Positions 38,241 through 52,563 are shown, counted from the first letter of the stretch. The stretch: 64,000 nt of DNA from Eledone cirrhosa (GCA_964016885.1 OZ024740.1:58280001-58344000); one strand, 5' to 3'. The notes: generated by a model not told the origin, from the letters alone. Numbers and translations are program-made.

Positions 38241-38322
38241 TGTCGCCGCCGCCGCCGCCTTCTTCTTCTTCTTCTTCTTCTTGGTCTTGGTCTTGGTCTT
38301 GGTCTTGGTCTTGGTCTTCTTC
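38099..38322. repeat. Compound microsatellite (TCT)n-(TCG)n-(CCG)n-(TCT)n-(TCTTGG)n
   Basis: Directly visible. Confidence 0.95.
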
Positions 38323-38675
38323 AGGTGGAGTTGTTCAAGTATCTCAAGGTCATGTTCACGAGTGATGGGAGGCAGGAGGCTGAATTAAATGCCAGAATTG
38401 TAAAAGCTGGTGCAGTAATGCACCAGCTTCGGCATTCAGTAATCAGAAGGGAGGTAGGCATAAAAGCCAAACTTGCTGTCTTCAATTCGGTTTTCATGCC
38501 AACCCTTACCTATGGTCATGAATCTTGGGTAATGACTGAAAGAATTTGATCGCAAATACAAGTGGTCAAAGTGCGTTTCCTCCGAAGGATCTCCGGAGTA
38601 ACGTTACTTGATAGTGTCTAACTAGAGATCAGAGAGTCACTCCAGGTAGAGCCGCTACTTCTCTGAATTGAGGGG
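38323..38675 (+). mobile_element. Fragment of a different RTE family (3' part of ORF)
   Basis: QVELFKYL..FTSDGRQE.E..ARI.KA...PTLTYGHESWVMTERI. Overlaps in sequence with 58725-59065. Confidence 0.8.
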
Positions 38676-41600
38676 TTATGTTTTTTTATTAGTTGAAATT
38701 CTGTGATGACTTACCAGGACTCTCACAGGCACAGCGCCCCAGTGATTGAGGCAGAGTTCCCCTTCATTGATTCCTCCTCTGGGTGAACAAGCACTGAATA
38801 CTGAGACAACTGTTTATCAGTGCCCACTTTTCAGCGCAATTACTATTCCTGCTCCCCAAATGGATTTTTGCATAACTCAGCATGGCATTATGACTGCCAA
38901 AGGGTAACCTGGGATTTAGTCCAGGACTGCTTATTCAATATATTTGTAGCTAACCTTCATATCTGAAGGTTCTACACATGAGGGTCCGGTGTTATGGGAG
39001 TTATTTTCTCCACAACACAATCTATGCGATTATCCCCTTTTTTTAAAATCTAAAACAGAAAGGTGTAAATAAGTCCATTCACATCTATCAAACTTGGAAT
39101 TATTTCAATAGGATAAATCTTAATATTTTAACATCAAAATCTATCATCATCTTATATGAAATAAAAGGAAAATTCTAAATTTACACAAACTATGATTATA
39201 ATTATATGAAAAAGTAGTGTAGGGAAATGTGGAATACTTTCTAAGTAGTTATTATATAAATAAATAGTAGTTCTTGAGTTGAAAGCATTAATCATTAAAT
39301 CATTAGTTATGAATCAGACTATAACCATAAATTTTTGAATTACAAAACTAGAACTTATAATTAGAAATAATTACCTGCTCGTGAATAAAGTCAGCTTCAT
39401 CTCATTTTTCATGTCAGAATGGATTGCTTTGGCATAGAACTACCATTATTTCTATGAAATGTTCAAATGAAGCATTTTGAGTATTTTGTCTTGAGATTTA
39501 ATAGTTAAAGTATGCCTGTTTTGGATGATTTCTGAAAATGATTTTGATGCATGCTACGATATCAAAGATCATATACTAACCAGCAATATGATTTTTAACA
39601 TTGACCAACAATGAATTGGTAAAAATGTTAGAGTTCAAATCTACAGGTTTTGTTGAGGTCAATTTTGCTTTTCATTCTTCTGGGGTTTGATAAAAATGCC
39701 TTGTGTTTCTTTGTGTTATGAGTTTAAATCCTGCACTGGCCTTCTTAGGCAATACACTACCTAGTTTATCTCTGCCACCTGGCCATTGGGTGCCTTTAAC
39801 CAAGTCCATTCTGTTGTATCCATTTGGACAAGGTCACAATTTTAAGAATACTCCCCCCCCCTTTATTTTCAGAGGCTTTGTAAAGGGCCATGGACATGAC
39901 TACTCAGAGAAAGATAACAAAGAGAAAGGTACCAAACTTTTGTTATAAATATGTATAGCACTAAACAAAATCTATTTCCTAGTCACAAATTTGATCTTTG
40001 AATCTCCACATTCACAAAACAAAATAAGATCAGTAGAACAGTACACCAAGTATATCAGTTATCTATCTCCCATTCCTTCATAAAATAATTGTAGTTGTTT
40101 CTTTATAACAAAGAAAGTATCATTGTATAAAAGATGTCTGATTATTAAATGATTCCTATGGAATCTGTTATGTTAAAAAGAGAGATGTAATATCAGAATT
40201 TACAAAACATTCATTAAAGAATTTTAATTATCGATAGAATCACTAGAAGATTGGACAACTGCTGTATGTTCTGTGACATTCTAATTTCAAATCCTGCCAA
40301 CATTGATTTTCTTTTACTGTCATATATAATTTAAACATTCCTTGTGCTCCTATTAGAAATCATTTCTTAATGTATATTTTATACATGGTATGTTCATAAC
40401 TTTTTTCTTGGTAGCCTAAATATTTAAAATGCTTTCAAAGAGAATCATGACCAGATGCAGATTTTATGCACACCTCATGCAGTTTAACCCTGGTGTGTCA
40501 TGTTCCTGCTATAGCGGTAATAGTCTAAATGTAATCTCTACCAGAGATTACCTGTTAAAGTAGTAATAAACAACATATGCAGAAAAAGAAAAAAAAAGAA
40601 GAAAAATAGACATCTGATCACATTGTAACTTTGTAGTTACATGTGTTTATGACTCATTGTTAATGGTGTCCTTTAGAGCTGTTGTTTTGTTTTTGATAAA
40701 AAAAAAGATGGATTTTTTTTCAATGAAATGAGTGTGTGCTGAACCCAGTACTTCATCTGGTCAGCAAGCATGGCCTTGACTCTTTGCAGTTGAGGAAATT
40801 ATTGATGATATTTATTCTATGGATGAAGGTGAACAAGAATTTCAACAAGTTTACCTCTACACAGACAGTGAGGGGGATTCGGACAATGAAACATGTGAAA
40901 GTGGTGAGGAATGTAGTGATTGAGGTGAACAGATTCCATGTGACCCTGGCACAGCTGATAGTGATAAGGGTGGTGGTGGAGATTATGTAAATTTAGATGA
41001 AGGATGGGTAGATACATTTACTGCACCTTGGGTCGATTCTATCCATTAGTTTGCTAACAAAGTGTTTCTTCACTGCATAAAGCTGACTGCATAAATCATG
41101 AGTATGAAGTGCTATTCTACATACTAAAAGACCTTGGGATTTGAATGTGTTGAGTCTGATCTGTTTCATATAAAATGGCAACTTGAATGAAAGACCAAGC
41201 CGAAGAAATTAAAAACATTTCTGGACATTAACTTTTACCAAATTGCCTGAAACCACCCTTAATTCTATGGTATAAGGATGTCTATTTTAAAGTGCTTATA
41301 TTTATATAAACCTTTTCATCATAGCTTTATATAAGAACATTTGCTAAACTTCAAACACTGGTTTAATAATGAGAAAGTTAGTTATATTAATAAATCCCTC
41401 CAAATTCTTAATTTCAAAATTATAGGTAGTGTCATTCATTAGCCAATGTTCACAGGTGAGTTTGCTGAGTTGTTATGGTATGTGATAAAAATGTTTCACA
41501 CCTGCTGAATGAAAAGCTATATGTTGATAGTCGTCCCACGATGTTTGATTTCACAGTCAATATGATACAGTGCTAAAAACTTCTGTACAATAGATCAATC

Positions 41601-43329
41601 CAAGACAAACCAGTATGGAAAAATGGATGTTATCATAAGGATTATGATGCTGTGAAAATTTTGTCTTGGAGACAGATGCAGAATGTTCCAAGAGCTTACT
41701 GGCCACTAGCACAACCCCAACTATTAATCTTTTAAACTGAAGATTACTAGTTGGCATATAGGAAGGAAGTAAAAGAAAGAAAAGCTTACATTTTATTCTT
41801 ATTTTGTTTCTGTGTGAAAAAAACCCAACTATTTTTCAATATTAGATTTAAAAATTCTAATCTATATTAAATAGTGACAACTAAAAAACACATTATATTA
41901 AAATTGTCTAATCAATAGTTGAATTTAATTACATTAATCTGTCAGGTATATTAACTTTATAAAGCCTCCTTGTGAACAGTTTCAACTCAGTTCCTTCATG
42001 TTATCAAACTTTCTTGACAATGTGCATAAAATTTATATTAAAATCAAATTTTTAATTATTATATATCTGGTATTTGGCATCTATGATGAAAATATTAATA
42101 TAACTAGGTTAAATGTTAACCTTTTTGCTTAGTTTCATAATAGTTTGGTTTATTTGGAATAAAAAGATTAATTCAAATCAGAATAGAACCTTCTTTCAGA
42201 TTCATCTTTTAAGTATAAATTTATTTGGCTTAATTTTCCACTCCATTTTTAATTTTAGCATATATTTCTTTTTCATTGAAAATTTCTTTTGATTCCTACT
42301 CTGAAGGAAATTGATTTCTTGAAATATTATCTTCCTTAGCATATTGATCTTAAATTTCTATAAAGCTATACACTATAGACATTTTCAAAAAGATAATGCC
42401 ATACTTGAGAATTTGTAAAAGTAAATAAATCCCTTGCCAAACAAGTATAACAAAAGGGGAAAAATTCACCATAATTTAATCTACCACAACCCCTAATCTG
42501 TTGAATACAGTTTTCTCATCAAGAGAAAATGATAGGAAGAGTTATAATCCATTTTAAATTAGTTTTTTTTTCTTCAAAATAAAAGAATTAAATTACCTTT
42601 AATTTAAAAAGAAAAGTCACTTGTTAAATATTAACCACTAAAGAGTTCAGATATAATTCAATTTCATTTATTAAATTAACTCATATACTTATATTGAATC
42701 CATTCATTATTAACTGAATTATGGTCTACAGTTGATCTTTTCATTTAAACAGGCTATATGAAAACTGCTTTAGTATTTTGATATAGACAGTATAACTGCA
42801 ATTTAGTTTCTAATATGTTTAAGAATTAAATAACTAGCTAATAATTTAATTGCAAATTTATCAAAATGTGGTTTGAAGAAATTATAAAGATATTACGATA
42901 AGCTGTTATTTTGCTATCTTACCCTCTTTTAATTCATATTGGTCAAAAATTCACATTGATCTTTTCCTTACAACAAAAATCAATGCTTTTTATGAATTAA
43001 TTAATTTATTCACAACATAATAAATCTGAGATAACATACAAAATATTCTATTTCTACAGCTGGGAATCTCTACATGCCTACCATTTGGGAATATGTTAAT
43101 GCTATAATAATTTAGAGTTTTCTGTACTATGATGCTGTTTGTATTATTAAATAATTGGGCCAAATATCAACTTCATCTGTAACAATTTTTGTTTGTACAT
43201 TTTGTGTGAATTTTTGATTTAATTCACATATTTGTTTAATCTGAGGACAAAGATCAGAGTTAAAAATCAGTTGACATTTTAAAAGTTGAAAGTAAAGTCA
43301 TAAGCTCATCAGGGTTTTATTTGTGTTCA

Positions 43330-43968
43330 GGGATTGAGAGTACAAGCCTTCCCCTTGGACAGGACACCAGTCCATCACAGGGTCAACTCCCAGCAACTGG
43401 CAGTATTCACTTTTAGCTGAATGTACTGGATTAGCATGAAATGAAGTATTTTGCTCAAGAACACAATGTGCCACCTGGTCCAGGAATCAAACACATGACA
43501 TTATGATTGTAAGTTCAACACCTTAATCACCAGGCCACACTGGTTTAAGTTAATAATTGTTTCTACTTTTGGCACAAGGCCAGCAATTACCCAGTGGATT
43601 ACTGGTACTTTATTTTATAGACCCCGTAAGGATGAAAGGCAAAGTTAACCTTGGCGGGATTTGAACTCAGAATGGCAAGGGCTGTAACTCTATGTGTCAA
43701 AGCATGCCGTCTGACCCTCTACCGATACTGCCAATCCACTGCCGTTTAAGTTAATAATGTTTTCTGATTTAGACACTAGGCCAGCAATTTGGCAGGAGGA
43801 GTAAGTCAATTACATTTACTCCTGTATTTGACTGATACTTTATTTTATTGGCCACAGAAGGATGAAAGGCAGAGTTAACCTCAGCTGGATTTGAACTCAG
43901 AACTTAAAGAGCTGAAACAAATGTGCAGGAAAGTATTTTGTCCATCACCTCAACGATTTAGCCAGCCT
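43330..43968 (-). mobile_element. Three adjacent SINEs (one CORE-type, two Meta-like)
   Basis: CORE-type at ~43330-43540. Meta-like at 43551-43743 and ~43752-43968. Confidence 0.7.
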
Positions 43969-44899
43969 ATTTGAGTTAAAACAGTCAGTTGGCTCTCTCT
44001 GATGTTTTACCATTTGAGGTAAAACATAAATTAGGAGGTAGTTTTTTAAAATTATAGTTATTTGGAGAAATTGTTTAGTGCCATATTTAATAGTGTTAGC
44101 TGAGACTATTGTAGTTGTTTTAAAAGGGACAATGTAAAGATGACACTTAAAGAATGGGCAAATGGTTGAAGATCATTGGTAAGTGACATTTTGCCTATTA
44201 TGTACATTTCTATGAGAGGATAAAGTCTAGAATGTACATTTTTATAGTGGGATGTGTGAGGAGCATTCTAATTTAAATTGAATTGATCACTTTCTGATCA
44301 CTTGCTGTTTTATTGTGAGATATTTTCTTGCCCACAGTATAATGTGGGTGTACTACACACCAGATATGTGAGGAGCATACTAATTTAAATTAAATTTGCA
44401 CCTTGTATAAAGTCACTTCCTGTTTTATGTTGAAGCATTTTCTTAACCAGGAAAAGAAGCAAAACATTTTTGAAGTAATCTTAGCCTTATGGTAAATGGA
44501 GTAATCATGTGAAGACATCAAAGATTGTACCCCTAATATTTTTAGGGGGTGATGGTATTATTTATGAGTAGTGATAGTGTAGTCTTGTAAGTTTTCTTGG
44601 GATGTATATAAGCATTTGGAATAAGACTAGAGTGCCATGCCACTATTGTAATGTTTAAAAAAAAATTGTCTGTTCATGGAGGATGTACAGTTTTCTAAAC
44701 AATTTAATAGCATCAGCAAAAGTATGGGGAAGCTATATTAAATCTATTTTATAAGGTCCTTTAATAACTGACAACATCTCAAACCTTTGTTTTAGAAAAA
44801 CTAAAGTGTACTATGAGCCAACCTGATAGCAGAAGAAAAGGGTGGGTTATTGTGATGCTATCTATATAGAAGCACATGTAGAAGGTATGTCACTATGCT

Positions 44900-45290
44900 G
44901 CTCACTGTGGCTTCACATTATAATTTTAAGGCAGAGTTTTGAAATTGCATATCACCTTTAATTTCATTAATCCAAGAATGCACCATTGAAAAGAAAGGGA
45001 ATAATGTATCACACTGCCTCCCCCTAATCCTCAGTAACGAGCTTAGCATATGGTTAGAGAGGAGAGCAACAGGATCATTAATATGAAGAAAAGTACGCCT
45101 GCATTAATGGAAGTTGGGCATGAGGAATCTCCATTAAGAATCTGAAAAGAACCTTTTGATGCAGTTTATTTGAAAGAAGTTTAGCCTAATAGTAGTTAGA
45201 TTTGCCAGAAGTCTCAATAATGCCTAACATGGTTAAAAAGTTTGCTAATATCAAAGGCCACAACATTGCTTTTGCAAGAGTTTTCAAGAT
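44900..45290 (-). mobile_element. Highly decayed CR1/jockey-like RT remnant
   Basis: Minus-strand remnants VVAFDISK and SINAGV...HIND. Weak. Confidence 0.4.
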
Positions 45291-45710
45291 CAAAAAGTTG
45301 TTGCTCCCCAGTGGGTAGGGCTGTAAGGAAATCATACTAGGAAAGAGGGAATTGTATTATTTTGGATTTTGTTTTTTTTAACATTTTGATCATTTTGAAT
45401 CGACAACCTAAATTGCATATTTGTAAACAAATACATTTTCATGGAAAGCTGATTGTTTGCTTGGAGCTACTTATTTCTAAATTCCCTTTGGATATTTTTC
45501 ATAGCTATATTTGCAGAGGAGAAATGCTTAACAGTTTCACAATAGATTTTGTTTTCTTATATTTCTTTTCTATTTAGTCCTCTTATAAGTATTAGTGCAG
45601 CTTTGTAGTGAAAACCTCAATATTATGGCAACATTCTATTGTAACCCTTGTGTAAAAGTAGAAAATAATTTTTTCAATCATACTATTGCTGTGAGGCACT
45701 ATAAATTTGA

Positions 45711-45967
<257 letters not shown>

Positions 45968-48900
45968 TTTAAGATGTTCAAGCATTCAGCTTTGCTTAAA
46001 TACCACCTGTCTTGCCTCTCATTGGTCTACCATCCTCAATGTATTGGCTAATATATTTCAATACACTTTTTTAGTGTCATGTGTAGAAATGGTGATTATA
46101 TTATTTAGTAATTTGAATTCTATTATCAAAATTTGTTTTGCATTTCAAAATCCACTGTCATAAATAATTAATTTAGGCAATCTAGGCATATTGCTAGCTT
46201 CTCACTCCTATTTCAACAATATTATTTTATTTATATTGCTGATCATATGATTGAAAGAATACATTTTTCTTTAAGTAAAATGTAAATTGATACCTAAAAT
46301 ACATTTCCACAGCCCCAAGAATTCAGGGATAAATGACTAAATATTGCTATATACATTTCTGGCAAGACCAAGATTAGTTAAATAACAGCATAGAAGAAAA
46401 CTCGATAAAATAGTGCTGGTGGCAGTTAGAGTTGTTATATTATAGTCAGTGAATGAATAAAATGTTTATGATTACATTATATACATCAAAAGAAATGTTG
46501 TCCACAATCTAACATTCTTCAAAATTATCCAATAATACATCAGTCTTCCACTTCACTTCTATGAACATGCTGACTTGATGCTGCTATATCTAAACCTATT
46601 TGAGGGATCTCTGTCTCTTCCTACTATTCACTAAATATATCACACCTATAAGATGTTATTCTAAATACTTTGCTGGCCTTTCATCATAAATTGGCTCATG
46701 CCTAGAAATATATTTTTCCTACAATTTCTCTTCCAATATTAATCCTTTTGTTATCATATTTCTAATGTAAAAACAAAACAAACAACAAAAACAAAAAACA
46801 CTGCCTATAGTTTACAAATAATTTTGAAAATAATCAAGAGTTTGAAGAGATTTTGTAACATAACAAAACTTTTCGTTATTAGGTTGATGTTTGGAGCATA
46901 ACATGACAATAGTTCTAAGATAAAATTATAAAGGATGTTTTCTAGATAAATATAAATAGTTTGAAATAAATTGTTTCCTATCGTAGAACCAGAGGTGGCT
47001 TCAGGTAGTTTGGTATCAAATAGTTATATCATAACATTAAGAAAAACATAATTTCATTAACTTTACTTATTTACGTTTGTTCAATCCAATGAGTAAGCCT
47101 GTTTGTGGTTATTTGTCCTGCTAGAGATAGTAATTAAATCTCCCTTGGCTTTGCTTCTCAACCAAGTGGTTCTGGATTTGATCCTTCTGAATGGCACTTT
47201 GAGCAAGTATTTTCTACCATAGCCTGAAGTTGACTCATACCTTATGATCTCTCTTCATCAAGTCGTTTTACAAGAGTGTAAGTCAGACATTTTACTAAAC
47301 AAAATATTTTTTATATGAACACATACTCCAGTTAATAAGTCAGTTTGTTAGTCAGTAAAACACCAAAAGTGTTTACAGTTTTAAATTTTATTCAGTGGGG
47401 CTATGTCAAACAAAGAAATATTTAATGTTGTCATTGTATCAAGAACTTCCCTTCATATTAAAGTGTGTGTGTGTGCACGTATGCATATTATTTCCTATTC
47501 CTAGATTGCAAAAGCACATCCTTCAAAGTGAAAGCTAATATACTGGTTGCTGATCCAAGATAGACTATTTTAGTTATCTATATTACTCCCACATTGAAGC
47601 TTTCTGACAACATAACTATGCATGACTTTTTTCTGATAAGCACACAATTTTTTTATCAACTGATCTTTTGCAGTAGTACTCTGCAATTTCTCTGGGGGTG
47701 TGTTTTTGGTAATCATTCAGGAAGTACTTCATGAAAAGTTCCTTCTCAACTCACATGGTTTTATCCACCTTGTGCAAGCAGACTATGGGTGGGCTTCTAT
47801 GCTTTGTGGTTAGTAAATGTTGTTGAAAGGATATGATGTGACATTCAAAAGCTGTTTAGATTAATGTTAAGCCTGTGCCTCCTTGTTTAAGTTTTAGATA
47901 GAGGTGTTGTATGTGGAAATTTTCAGTTTTAACATCAATGGTTTAGATCTCATGTAGTGTCCAGTCAAGTAGTTCAAATATTGGTGTTAGTATGTATGTT
48001 AATATGTATGTGTATTACTTTGAGGAAAGATATAAATATGGCTAAAAAATGAAAACATTGGCAAATGAAATAAAACCAAACAAACTGGTAATTTGGAATG
48101 CGAAATCCTTGTGATGTGTATTCTGCTTGAATTGGTCAGACAATTTCTTATCACACTTTCCATCATAAATGCAGTGAACCAGTAACTGGCTCATTGGAAA
48201 CCTCTAACAAGCAATACTATTCTCCATAAAATGTTTAACCTATAATAAATAAATAGATAAATCATATCTTACCAACTTAAAAAAAAGGAAGAACATATTG
48301 GATAATATAGCTTCAGATATATTTACCAAGACAGAATGGCCACTTCAGAGATGTGCTTGATAAGAGCTGATTTGGAGCTAAACAGCAGTAATAACAACAG
48401 CCCCCATTCAAAAATGTAGATTGCTGCACAAAGACTGCTGTTGTTATTTCTTCAGACTAATCAATTTAAAAACATGTTTCAAATGTAACCTTAAAATGAG
48501 AATACCTGAAAAGTCCATTTGATGAATTCTAAAGAAAACTTTCTTTAGAATAATATGAAGAAAAAGGTATTATAGATTGATAGATATTATACCATAAAAA
48601 CTCAGAACTACATTCACAAACAACTTAAAATCTCCATGTCAATGCCAGGTTTTTTGGCATGAATAACAGTTATGAGATACAATTTCATATTTCATCCTTT
48701 TAAAAGTTAGAATACATATACACAAAATTAAGAATTATGCTCTTGTATGCTCACACATGTACATTTGTACACATAAGTATATTATCTTTTTAAATTTTAC
48801 AGTAAATTATTCTAAAATTTATTTGATAAAACTTTATATTTCTCTAGAGTTTCTAGTTACTAAACCAACAGGGATGATTTTATATGGTTTCTTGACCAGC

Positions 48901-49217
48901 TAGAAATAGCATCCAAATCTCCTACGATTCATATCCTACCATCTTCAAATATGAAGAACAGTTTAATATATACTGTTTGAAACTAAAGTATGAGATTGTC
49001 ATGGCTGGAATGCCTATAATCAAAGGACTTCTAGATCTGATACGAGTTGTGTTAAAACAACAACAAGAGCATTATCATCTGGCTAATACAACTGGTCACT
49101 GTAATGATATTATGATAATGAATTGAAGTCTTGCTTCTCTATATAAATATATTTATAAATTTTTAGTTTACAGTCTATAGAAAAGAAACTTTTTCATATA
49201 ATCTAATTTTGTGATGT

Positions 49218-49278
<61 letters not shown>

Positions 49279-49762
49279 GGTGGGAAAACTTTGTATATAA
49301 GTAATATTTGGAGAAACCCAAGGGAAAATAAGAAATTTTGGTATTTCTGAAAAATAGATATTGAGGGGAAAACATCTGAGCAGAATAATATTAACTTTTC
49401 TAATATAAATAAATTTGATCATTTCCTAAACTTCATAAAGAGAGATTTTAAAATCAATATTCATTATAAGGAGTAAGCAGAATACAGACTTAGAGTCTGA
49501 ATTGCAGAAAAGATTCTTAATAGATATTGGCAGATTGTTTCATTTTGAGAGTATAATTTACTATGCGACTTTCCCCATAACTATTGCTCATTAGTGTGGC
49601 TAAGTAAAGCTGGGAAAGTTTTCTGAGTAAAAATTGAAAGTACTTTGTCCAATAGAAAGCAATTATGTTGATTATTTTGTTGTATATGGTCTTGGTTTTC
49701 ATGATGATATATGTATGCATATGTGCTTATTTATATATATATATATACATACATGTATGTGT

Positions 49763-49797
<35 letters not shown>

Positions 49798-50274
49798 ATA
49801 TAAAGAAAAAATGAGGTTTCACATAGATACTTTAATCAATAAAACCTTGATGTGATACCTCTTTTTGTTTTTATTATATACACTCTGCTGTAGCATAGAG
49901 TGCTAATATTGCTACCTTCTTCAGTAAACCACAAATCTACTGAATCACCTAATATATATATATATATCAACAGTAACAGTATTATATCCATTTTTCCAAT
50001 CTTGCATAGATTGAAAGACACTGTTTTAGACATAATTCTATAGCGAACTTCCCTTATTGATACCAGCCTGCACTTGTTTTTTCTAAGTAACGTATAGATG
50101 TTCATATGTCTAATTGCTGGACAATGAGATCTTTGCTTACATAGAACATGTATGAATATAACCACCCAAGGTAGGTGAATTTCTCCAGTGCCTGAAGAGA
50201 GGTGTTTTTGACTTATTTTTGATTTGGTATACTCTTAACTTGTGGGTTGGTACAGCACTTCAATTTATTTGGTA

Positions 50275-50439
50275 GCGACTATTGGTTTCGGATTCCAGTT
50301 ATGACCACCACTGTGTATTGGATGAGGCTTTTCCAAACTGACGCTTCAATTGTCTTTGAGCCAGATGATGGGTCAGCTTGGAAGAGCCTCCTCTAATACA
50401 CAGTGGTGGCCATAACTGGACGCCAAAACCAATAGTTGC
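50275..50439. repeat. Imperfect palindromic element
   Basis: GCGACTATTGGTTT...CCAGTTATGACCACCACTGTGTATT is mirrored by AATACACAGTGGTGGCCATAACTGG...AAACCAATAGTTGC. Confidence 0.85.
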
Positions 50440-50715
50440 ACATACATGTTAAGTGTATGAAACTTTATTTATACTAAATAAGTTCTCTTGAAATAGATTG
50501 AGCATTGCCTTCCTTGGATCTTTCATCTACAGATATCCTACATATCATATATAGATAATTCTATAAATTGATAAAACAACAATAAAGCATTCAGATACTT
50601 ATTTAAATCTCAAAGGTCGTTTATTATATATCCAGAAAAGCAAGAAATATTTTAGAGGAAAATCCAGTTGGTATACTTCTGGTTACCTTAGATTTATAAT
50701 CACAGAGCATATATT

Positions 50716-50878
50716 AACAAAGAAATAAATCACCAAGTTCAACAGTTAATACATTATTTATTTGATCTACATGTGTTTCATTCACTTGGGATATTATTTA
50801 CAATACCCTTATGAATGAAACATGTAGATCAAATAAATAATGTATTAACTGTTGAACATGGTGACTTATTTCTTTGTT
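50716..50878. repeat. Near-perfect AT-rich palindromic element
   Basis: GTTCAACAGTTAATACATTATTTATTTGATCTACATG is mirrored exactly at ~50821-50857. Confidence 0.9.
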
Positions 50879-50888
50879 TTATATATAT

Positions 50889-51277
50889 ATCATCATCACC
50901 GTTTTACGTCCATTCTTCCACGCTAGCATGGGTTAGACGGGTTGTCCTGTTGTGGGCAGTGTCCAGTCGGCTGACCATGTCTTGCTCATACAGGAACTGA
51001 TTCTGACTTGATTTCTACAGCTGGATGCCCTTCCTAACACCAACCTCATTTACAGTGTGGGCTGGGTGCTTTTTTGCCATGGCACCTACACGTCCACTTT
51101 GCAGTGGAATGATAGGAACCCCAGTCCTATCATCTCTTTTCTACAGCTGAGTAAACTGGAGCAATGTGAAATAAAGTGTCTTGCTCAAGGAAACAACACA
51201 TCACCCGATCCGAGAATTGAACTCACAACTACTCGATTGCAAGCCCAATGCTCTAACCACTAAGCCATGTACCTTCA
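50889..51277 (-). mobile_element. Full-length CORE-type SINE carrying the subfamily-A RTE 3' UTR
   Basis: 50889-51100 aligns with the LINE 3' UTR at ~433-680. tRNA-like head with A and B boxes. Confidence 0.88.
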
Positions 51278-51300
51278 CCACGTGCATTCATATGTATATA

Positions 51301-52563
51301 CAGGGTGCGGACGATATTTGTTCGCAAGATTACTGTCTAGGAAAAAATAACACAGTAGTTTTATTTTTTAAGATATATTTATCAAACTTGGGTCAGTTTG
51401 TCTTCATGACTTGTTCTTTCGATCTCACTCGATAAACCCGCCATTGGCTTTGATGACGGCCTCAAGGCGGCTTCGGAACTGGCTACAGGCCTTCGTCACT
51501 GTCCCCCGACTTAGGCCCCTAAAGGCACTTGTGATCCTGGCTTTCAGATCGTCTTTCGTATTGCAGCTAGATCTGTTGGTGTCTCGTTCCACTGCGCCCC
51601 ACACAAAGAATTCGAGGGGGTTGCAGTCAGGCGAGCTGAGAGACCAAATGTCAGGTGAAGTGTGGTCGACGAAGTTCTCTGACAGCCAGGCTTGGGTCTT
51701 TCAGCTGGTATGGCAGGGCGCTGAGTCTTGCTGCCACAAATACGGCCTACCTGCAGCTACCTGGTCGATCCAGGACTTTATTACCTCGCTCAGAACGCGG
51801 ATGTAGCCATCGGTGTTCAGGATGAGGCCCTCAGGGAAGAAGTGAGGTGGCATGACGTCACCTTGACTGCTGATGACACCTAAGACCAATGTTGTCGCTG
51901 GAAACTTTGCATGTATCTGGGCACGTCTATGGATGAGACAGCGAGCCACCTGTTGTTCTGGGAGTTGATCTTCTGGTCCTGGCTCCAGTGGGTGTTTCAA
52001 CTTGTTGATCAGCTTCTTTGCGTGCTTCAGTCGCTTTTCTTGCATAGTCTTTGACAGAAATTGTCCTTTCCTCATCTTGTATGAAATGTAGCGAATGTCT
52101 TCATGTACCCTCAGCCTAATGAGCTTTTTATCCACGCCTTTCTCCCTTGCAAGGGCATGCATCGACTTGCTAGGTTCATTGTTGATGATATCCTGAACTT
52201 CAGCGATGAACTCGGGCGTTCTGAAGGCGTCAGATCGTCGATCATGTGTTTTCCTCTCCGATGTTGCTTCGTAGTCGAATCCTGAATCTTCCAATTCCTT
52301 TCTGACCTTTTCCACCATTCTCCTGCTGATGCTGAGAAAGTCTGAAATTTCCTTATTTGTCCTCCCGGCGCGGATTCCAAGAAGAACTCCGTGTCTCTTC
52401 CACAAATTTGGAGGTTCAAAATTATTCATAATCAATTATTCTGAAAATAAATAATGGAAATATAGTCACTGTTTTTATGAAGACAAGAGTGACAACGGAA
52501 GTAAAAAAAAATTTGCATAAAATTAGCAGTTGAAAATTGCGAACAAATATCGTCCACACCCTG
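51301..52563 (-). mobile_element. Tc1/mariner-superfamily DNA transposon, maT (DD37D)-like, defective
   Basis: 27-bp TIRs CAGGGTG(C/T)GGACGATATTTGTTCGCAA with 1 mismatch, flanked by TA on both sides. Confidence 0.92.
51425..52435 (-). pseudogene. maT-like transposase pseudogene
   Basis: HTH region, GDVMPPHFF, WQQDSAPCHTS*, then in-frame SPDCNPLEFFVWG...KANGGFIE. There is an in-frame stop at 51701, and the first catalytic-Asp region appears deleted or frameshifted. Confidence 0.85.

Noticed and set aside
38710-39040. Possible RTE 5'-UTR fragment on the minus strand
   Set aside because: The resemblance rests on one remembered motif, with no linked ORF or second copy here.
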